Assembly: GCA_950097015.1 (NCBI GenBank)
Contig: CATNEN010000001.1
Span: 25,792,001-25,856,000, forward strand
Source of the DNA: Macrostomum hystrix
Taxonomy: Eukaryota; Animalia; Platyhelminthes
Reading direction: 5' to 3'
DNA length: 64,000 bases
Both the position numbers and the translations under genes were made by a program. The first letter of the stretch is position 1. Each line of letters starts with the position of its first letter. The notes under the pieces are model-generated. The model ran no database searches and had not been told where the DNA came from. It saw nothing but the letters and a program-made list of their open reading frames with translations. This document shows positions 63,367 through 64,000 of this stretch, piece after piece.

Positions 63367-63506
63367 ACATAACTAACCCAAACCACAACTGACGTAAGCG
63401 TATGAGCCGTGGAAAAAATCCATTTCAAACTTATCTTATTTCAATGCAACGTTTTCAAGGGTTGCCATTTAAACTTCCATCTAGCCTCTCACCTCACTAA
63501 ACCAAG

Positions 63507-63950
63507 GTACACACCGGTTGGGGTGTTCTCGTTACTGATTAAAACTACATTGGAAATGAATAAATGGAGCGATGTACCATATGCTAAAGAGATGTTTCAA
63601 CAACTTGGCTACTTCTTACTGACTGTGTTAACTGGCTTTGTATTGCAAACATGCCTTCAGGCATTGTCCTACCTGGTTCTGGTTAAGAGGAGTCCGATCA
63701 AAATTTTTCTGGGCACCTTCCAGGCTTGTGTGACGGCTTTTGGCACCGCATCCTCAGCTGCCACCCTGCCGATCACTTTCCATTGCACGGAGGACAAGCT
63801 GGGCATTGATAAGAGAATCACTAAAATTGTGCTGCCCATTGGTACAGCAGTAAACATGAACGCAGCTGCGATGTACATGGCTGCGTTTGGTGTTTTCATG
63901 GCGCAGGTTTATGACATCAGACTTACCCCTGTTCAGATAATAGCCACCAG
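63507..63950 (+). CDS. SLC1A: SLC1A-like copy 2, exon 5 (gene runs off the window)
   Basis: HP1 GTASSAATLP, TM7 AVNMNAAAMYM; AG/GT intact. Confidence 0.93.
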
Positions 63951-64000
63951 GTGAGAAGTACTGTGTCACCTGCTAGACTTGAGTGTCACCTGTTAGACCA

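Overview
Eukaryotic (metazoan, probably invertebrate; species cannot be fixed from sequence alone) repeat-rich window with spliceosomal introns. Left to right: (1) an intact 8-exon, ~553-aa, highly divergent SLC1A/EAAT-ASCT-family transporter gene (<1-10474, +), with minisatellites and a 5'-truncated LINE in its introns; (2) a probable solo LTR; (3) scattered exons of an RNF213 (mysterin)-like pseudogene (13500-56930, +), interrupted by an RNase H-bearing non-LTR retroelement, a decayed Ty3/Gypsy gag-protease remnant and (4) a 35.8-kb head-to-tail array of eight non-autonomous Helitrons (20686-56518), each carrying 23-bp and 18-bp satellites and reshaped by nested 4,902-bp and 14,753-bp duplications; (5) two 3' exons of a decayed conventional EAAT-type SLC1 gene, whose intron holds a Crypton-like element with an uninterrupted tyrosine-recombinase ORF and unusual ends; (6) a second copy of the divergent SLC1 gene (60493->64000). 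Strongest signal: the SLC1 paralogues lack canonical coupling and substrate residues (NMDGT->NMNAA in both; DRxR->DRFG in copy 1) yet keep open frames. They differ mostly by amino-acid-changing substitutions clustered in extracellular loops and TM7, pointing to a diversifying, possibly receptor-like SLC1 subfamily. All alignments and counts were done by eye, and reference motifs are quoted from memory.
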